NCBI GenBank assembly: GCA_958009085.1
Contig: OY253687.1
Span: forward strand, 124,001-188,000
DNA: 64,000 bases
Direction of reading: 5' to 3'
Source of the DNA: Protoeuglena noctilucae
Lineage: Eukaryota
Shown here piece by piece: positions 59,840-64,000 of the stretch. The notes beneath the pieces were generated by a model that was not told the DNA's origin, did no database searches, and saw only the letters and a program-made list of their open reading frames with translations. Position 1 is the stretch's first letter. Each line of letters begins with the position of its first letter. The translations under genes and the position numbers were made by a program.

Positions 59840-62800
59840 ATGCGTGCAAGCGCTTGCCGCCGCTCCCGCAGGTCCTCCGCGCTGCCCTTGTCGCCGAGGT
59901 CGAGATCTCCTGGGAGAGCTCAGTCGCCGATGCGACTCGTGACCGGCGCCAACGCCAGCGCCATGACCTTGGGGGGCCTCTCGACAGGTGCCCCTTGGCG
60001 TGCCCTCTACCAGAGCCGCCCCGCTTGCCACCGCCCTGGATGTGGTGGCCTGACCTCCCTTCTCGTCTTGTCAGCCTCTGCAGTGCGTTCCGTGATCAAG
60101 GACAAGCAGCGAGAGCTGGAGATGCTGACGGACGACCGGGTGGCATTGCTGGAGCAGCGCATCCGCGATTTGGAGGACATCATCAGGTGCCGTGCATGGT
60201 CGATATGCTTACTGGACTGCTTCGCATGCCACGTGCGCAAAAGACTGACAGCAGGCGCTCTGCGTAACGTGCTATGTGCTGCGTGATGTCGACAGGTCTA
60301 AGGACGTGGACCTGGACCGGTACAGGACGCAGCTCGGGGCGGTCGAGCAGGACTTCAACTACAACCTGGCCTTGATCAAGGAGCGTGACGCGGAACTGGA
60401 GCGTCTGGAGCGTGAGTACTCGAGCAGCCGACGGACGGTGGCGGACCAGGAGGAGCGCGTGCGGAGGGCGGAGGCGAGGGCGGACGACTTGCAAGCCAGG
60501 TACACGGAGGAGACGGCCAAGCTCCGGCAGGACATGCAGGCTCTCCAGGACAAGCTGCGCAGGGAGGTGGACCAGGCCCGCGCCGACGGGGACGCCGAGA
60601 TCACGCGCGTGCGGTGCGTGGAGCCAGTCCCCTTCTCCCGAGGCGCATCGCGGTGCTGCCGGCTCACCATGGCCCTCACCCCGCCTGCGACGCTCTCCAA
60701 CTCTCGCATACGCGGTTGTCTGCAGGACGGAGCTGTCCCGGAACGTGGACGCCCAGCTGCGGTCGTCGCGTGCGGCCGAGCAGGAGTGGCGCCGCAAGGC
60801 CGAGGCGCTGGCGCAGGAGCTGCTGAGGGCACAGGAGCTGGGCGAGACGACCCAGCAGCAGCTGAAGAGCGCGATGGCGCAGGCGGACGGGTCGCTGCAG
60901 TCGATGCGGGAGCTGGAGGGGTCCTACGCGGCCCTGGACGCGGAGATGGGGCGCGCCCGGGCGCAGCTGGAGCGTGAGCGGGACGAGCACGCAGCCACCA
61001 AGCGCCTGCTGCAGCGAGCGGCGCAGGAGGCCCAGGAAATGGCGGAGGAAGTCCGTGTGCTGGTGACCAGACCCGGGGTGGCAGATGCAAAGTTCGATAG
61101 ACCTGCCTCCACGACCTGGGCGATTCATATCTATCTGCAATTCACCTGACTCGCGGCGTGCCTGCTCACTCGCCGCAGAACGCCAAGGGCCAAGAGATCG
61201 AGGAGGAGGTGCGCGTGGTGGGGCAGCGCCTGGAGCGTGCCGAGGGGGAGTGCGCGGAGTGGTGGCGGCGCTGCCAGGCCGCGGAGTCGGCGCTGCGGGA
61301 CGCCGAGGGGCACGTGGGAGCGGTGCAGGAGCGCGTGGTGCGGGAGGCGGAGGTGCTGCGGGAGCAGGCGCAGGGCATGCAGCGGGAGAACGAGGCGCTG
61401 GCGTCCGAGGTGGCGGCGCTGCGGGCGGCGCACGACCGGGCGCGGGCGGAGGCGGGCGAGTCGCAGCGTCGACAGGGAGCGGCGCTGGCGGCGGCCCAGG
61501 CGCGTCTGGACGATGCAGCGGTGGAGGTGTCGTCCCTGCGTGGTCACGCGGCCGCCCTCGAGCGGCAGGTCCAGGACCAGGCGGCGGAGATCCGCGCGCT
61601 GACGTCGCGGGCGGTGGCGGCGGAGGAGCAGGTGGCGGGCCTCGCGGAGCAGATGGAGGGGCAGCGGCGGCGGCTGGCGGCCGACCAGCGCGAGGTGGAG
61701 GGGCGGGCGCAGCTGCGGTGGCAGCAGGAGGTGGGGCTCCTGCAGGAGCGGCTGCAGGCGCGGGAGCGCGAGGTCGCGGGGCTCGAGCGCCGCGCGCGCC
61801 TGGCGGAGACGGACCTTCAGGAGGCCCAGCGGCGGATGCACGCGCTGGAGATGGAGCTCATCGGGAACCGCGGGCACCCAAACGGGGCGGCCCCCCGCGC
61901 CACCGGGCATGGTGATGCGGGGGGCTCGCACGGGGACGGGGGTCGCGGGATGCCCCTGTGGGACAGCCGGGGTGCCGTGAATGAGATGCGGGCAGGGGGA
62001 GGGGCGGGAGGGTCCGGGGTGGCGGATCAGCTTGCGCAGCAGGTGCGCGACATGGCCCGGCAGAATGCGCGGCTCAAGTACGACGTGGCGGACCTAAAGG
62101 ACAAGCTCAGCCGCACCATCGTCGAGGCGGGGGAGCGTCACGCCAACCCCCGCACGCGTGCCGTGGCGTTCCAGGGCCTCGCGTCGGATGCGGAGCTCAC
62201 GGGCTCGCCTGCGAGGGGCGCGTCGGGCGGGTGAGGCTTCGGGCGTGCTTGGATCGCACCACGGTTGCCGAGGGCTTTGCCGGCGCTGGGAGGCACATGC
62301 ACGCCGCCCTGAACGCTGTCCCAGCTTGCTCTGTCGACGCAGTCTGGGCCGAGAGCGCGTGGTGCGAGAGCTCGAGCGCATCACCAAAGACCTTGCCAAG
62401 TCTCCGGCACTGCACCGACCGGGGGCGGCACTGCTGGGGGGCGCAGCCACAGGGGCCGTCAGCGAGCCCGCATCGCCGAACCGCGCGCCTCGTGGCTACT
62501 TTGAGTTTGGAGAGAATGTGCTCGGCGGGCCGGGGGTCGACCTGCCCCGGGACAGGGAGGGGCTGGACCGGAGCCAGGTGTGTTGCATCTGGCCCTAGCA
62601 TGAGAGGAGTTGTGCAGCCGAGTGTTCGGCTCCAGGTCATGATGTTCCAGCGCGATAGTTAAGCCTAGGTGCGCCGCTGTCTGCAGGTGGACCTGGGCCC
62701 GACCCTCTCCGAGCCAGCCCCCGACCCTGACATGCGCGTCGGCCTGTGGTCGGTGGGACACAAGACGCAGCGGAGGGCCTTGAAAACCGAGCCGCGCTAC

Positions 62801-63277
62801 CCGCGCCTCAGCATGGACCTCTCGGGCACCGTGATGAGGCACCACGGGGACCAGGGGGCAGCGGCGGCGGTGCTGGACCGAGCGGAGGACCGCGTCAGGA
62901 AGGTGAGGCCTTGTTGTTGGAGTCAGATTGAGGCAAATAGTGGGGGAAAGCTGATGAGATCATCGGACAATTCATGTGCTGCATCGGTACCCCCGCAGGC
63001 CAAGCAGGCGATCCTCGATGCGGCACGGTACGAGCCGCCTGCGTCGACGATCAACGCCAACAGGGCCGCTGTGCGCCCGGGGACGGCTGTCTACGGGACC
63101 GAGGTCAAGAGCAGCAAGCTGCAGAGTTTCAGGTAAGGCCTGGCACAGTGGGTGTGGCACACCGGACCCAGACGTAGGGTGTCACTGCCGTGGTTCAAGT
63201 GGCACTTTGGGCAATCCCCCGGTCGACACCGCAGGAAAGTACTATCGGACACGAGGAGCGCCTTGAAGGGGCTGTGA
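59840..63277 (+). CDS. Long coiled-coil protein, CCDC57-like (centriole/basal body)
   Basis: VIKDKQREL and EQDFNYNLALIKERDAELERLE resemble the CCDC57 N-terminal motif; extended E/Q/R/A heptads; multi-exon. Confidence 0.7.
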
Positions 63278-63323
63278 AGAGGCTCTGGTGCAACGCATGG
63301 TCGGGCAGCAAGGAGACGTGACG

Positions 63324-64000
63324 TCAGAAATGGTTGGGAGGTCGGGGCCCGGGGAACCCGCCCTGGAAGTTGGGGTTTCTCTGCGGTAGAGGACGAAACA
63401 ATGGACTTGGCATGGGGCGCAACCGCGTGCCAACAGGCAAACGTGGTAGTCGCATCGCAGGACGCCTCACTTTAGGGCACTCGTTGGGGCGGTGGCCGGG
63501 CATGCCGCAGTTGAAGCACACGGGCATTTGGCCCATGTGGCCCCCCATCATCCCTGGTCCCATGCCCATGCCCATCGGACCCATCGGCCCCACCGGGCCA
63601 GGCCCCATCGGCCCCATGCCCATGTGGCCCATCATCTGCGCGCTCCCCATCGGCATCGCGCCCATGGGGCCTCCCAGCGGCCCGCTGACCATGCCCGGCA
63701 CCATACCCATGCCCATGGGCGGGGCCCCGCCCCGGCTGCCGGCCACGCCCGCACCGCCCCTCCCGCCTGGCCCTGGCAGCACGCCCGGTGGCCGCATCAT
63801 GCCCATCCCCGGCATCGGCGGCGGGACCCTCCCCGGGGGCAGCGCCCGCTTATCCTCCATCGGCCCAAAGCCATAGTCCGCCGCGGGCAGCTCCCCCGCA
63901 GCGACCATCTGCCCGATACGCGGCGCTTCGGCCAGCGCCAGCTTGATCTCGGAGTCCCCGACGCGCTTCCCGTGGAGGCCCAGCACGGCACCCTCCGCCG
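63324..64000 (-). CDS. 3' part of an RNA-binding protein: end of an RRM, Gly/Met/Pro-rich region, CCHC zinc knuckle
   Basis: LGLHGKRVGDSEIKLALA, MGMG/PMG repeats, CFNCGMPGHRPNECP; truncated by window edge. Confidence 0.75.
   Translation of the reverse strand, partial: AEGAVLGLHGKRVGDSEIKLALAEAPRIGQMVAAGELPAADYGFGPMEDKRALPPGRVPPPMPGMGMMRPPGVLPGPGGRGGAGVAGSRGGAPPMGMGMVPGMVSGPLGGPMGAMPMGSAQMMGHMGMGPMGPGPVGPMGPMGMGMGPGMMGGHMGQMPVCFNCGMPGHRPNECPKVRRPAMRLPRLPVGTRLRPMPSPLFRPLPQRNPNFQGGFPGPRPPNHF

Noticed and set aside
20724..63277. Clustering of cilia-related genes (NEK, LC1, CCDC57-like)
   Set aside because: Interspersed with unrelated genes; expected by chance in a flagellate genome
1..64000. 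Introner-like repeated introns or transposons
   Set aside because: No shared intron sequences, terminal repeats or transposase/RT motifs noticed by eye; an all-vs-all intron alignment would be needed to exclude them

Overview
GC-rich (roughly 70% by eye), gene-dense eukaryotic nuclear DNA with many short spliceosomal introns (mostly about 60-140 nt), so the ORF track shows exon fragments plus many spurious GC-driven ORFs. A thylakoid PsbP-domain gene, axonemal dynein LC1, a NEK kinase and a CCDC57-like gene point to a flagellate green alga (inference). About 20 spliced genes can be reconstructed: HlyIII/PAQR membrane protein, a large unknown alpha-helical protein, KP-43-type subtilase with PA domain, a two-repeat YxDxxHPxC protein, a MEI1/PRD1-like meiotic protein, NEK kinase, a multi-pass membrane protein, SDR, a small unknown protein, RBP45/47-like RRM protein, PPD4, nucleus-encoded mitochondrial uL5, LC1, Aurora-like kinase, a degenerate CobW-thioredoxin-zinc-finger fusion, SYP7 SNARE, a low-complexity repeat-motif protein, FAD-oxidoreductase-SelD fusion, VPS36 with a UBA insert, CCDC57-like, and a partial RRM/zinc-knuckle gene. 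I found no rRNA, tRNA, CRISPR array or recognisable transposon, and no operon-like new system. The most unusual items are the CobW/Trx/Zn-finger pseudoenzyme fusion, the MEI1/PRD1 candidate, the duplicated YxDxxHPxC domain and an apparent excess of GC-AG introns. Family assignments come from remembered motifs, not database searches. Coordinates span introns and several start codons are tentative.
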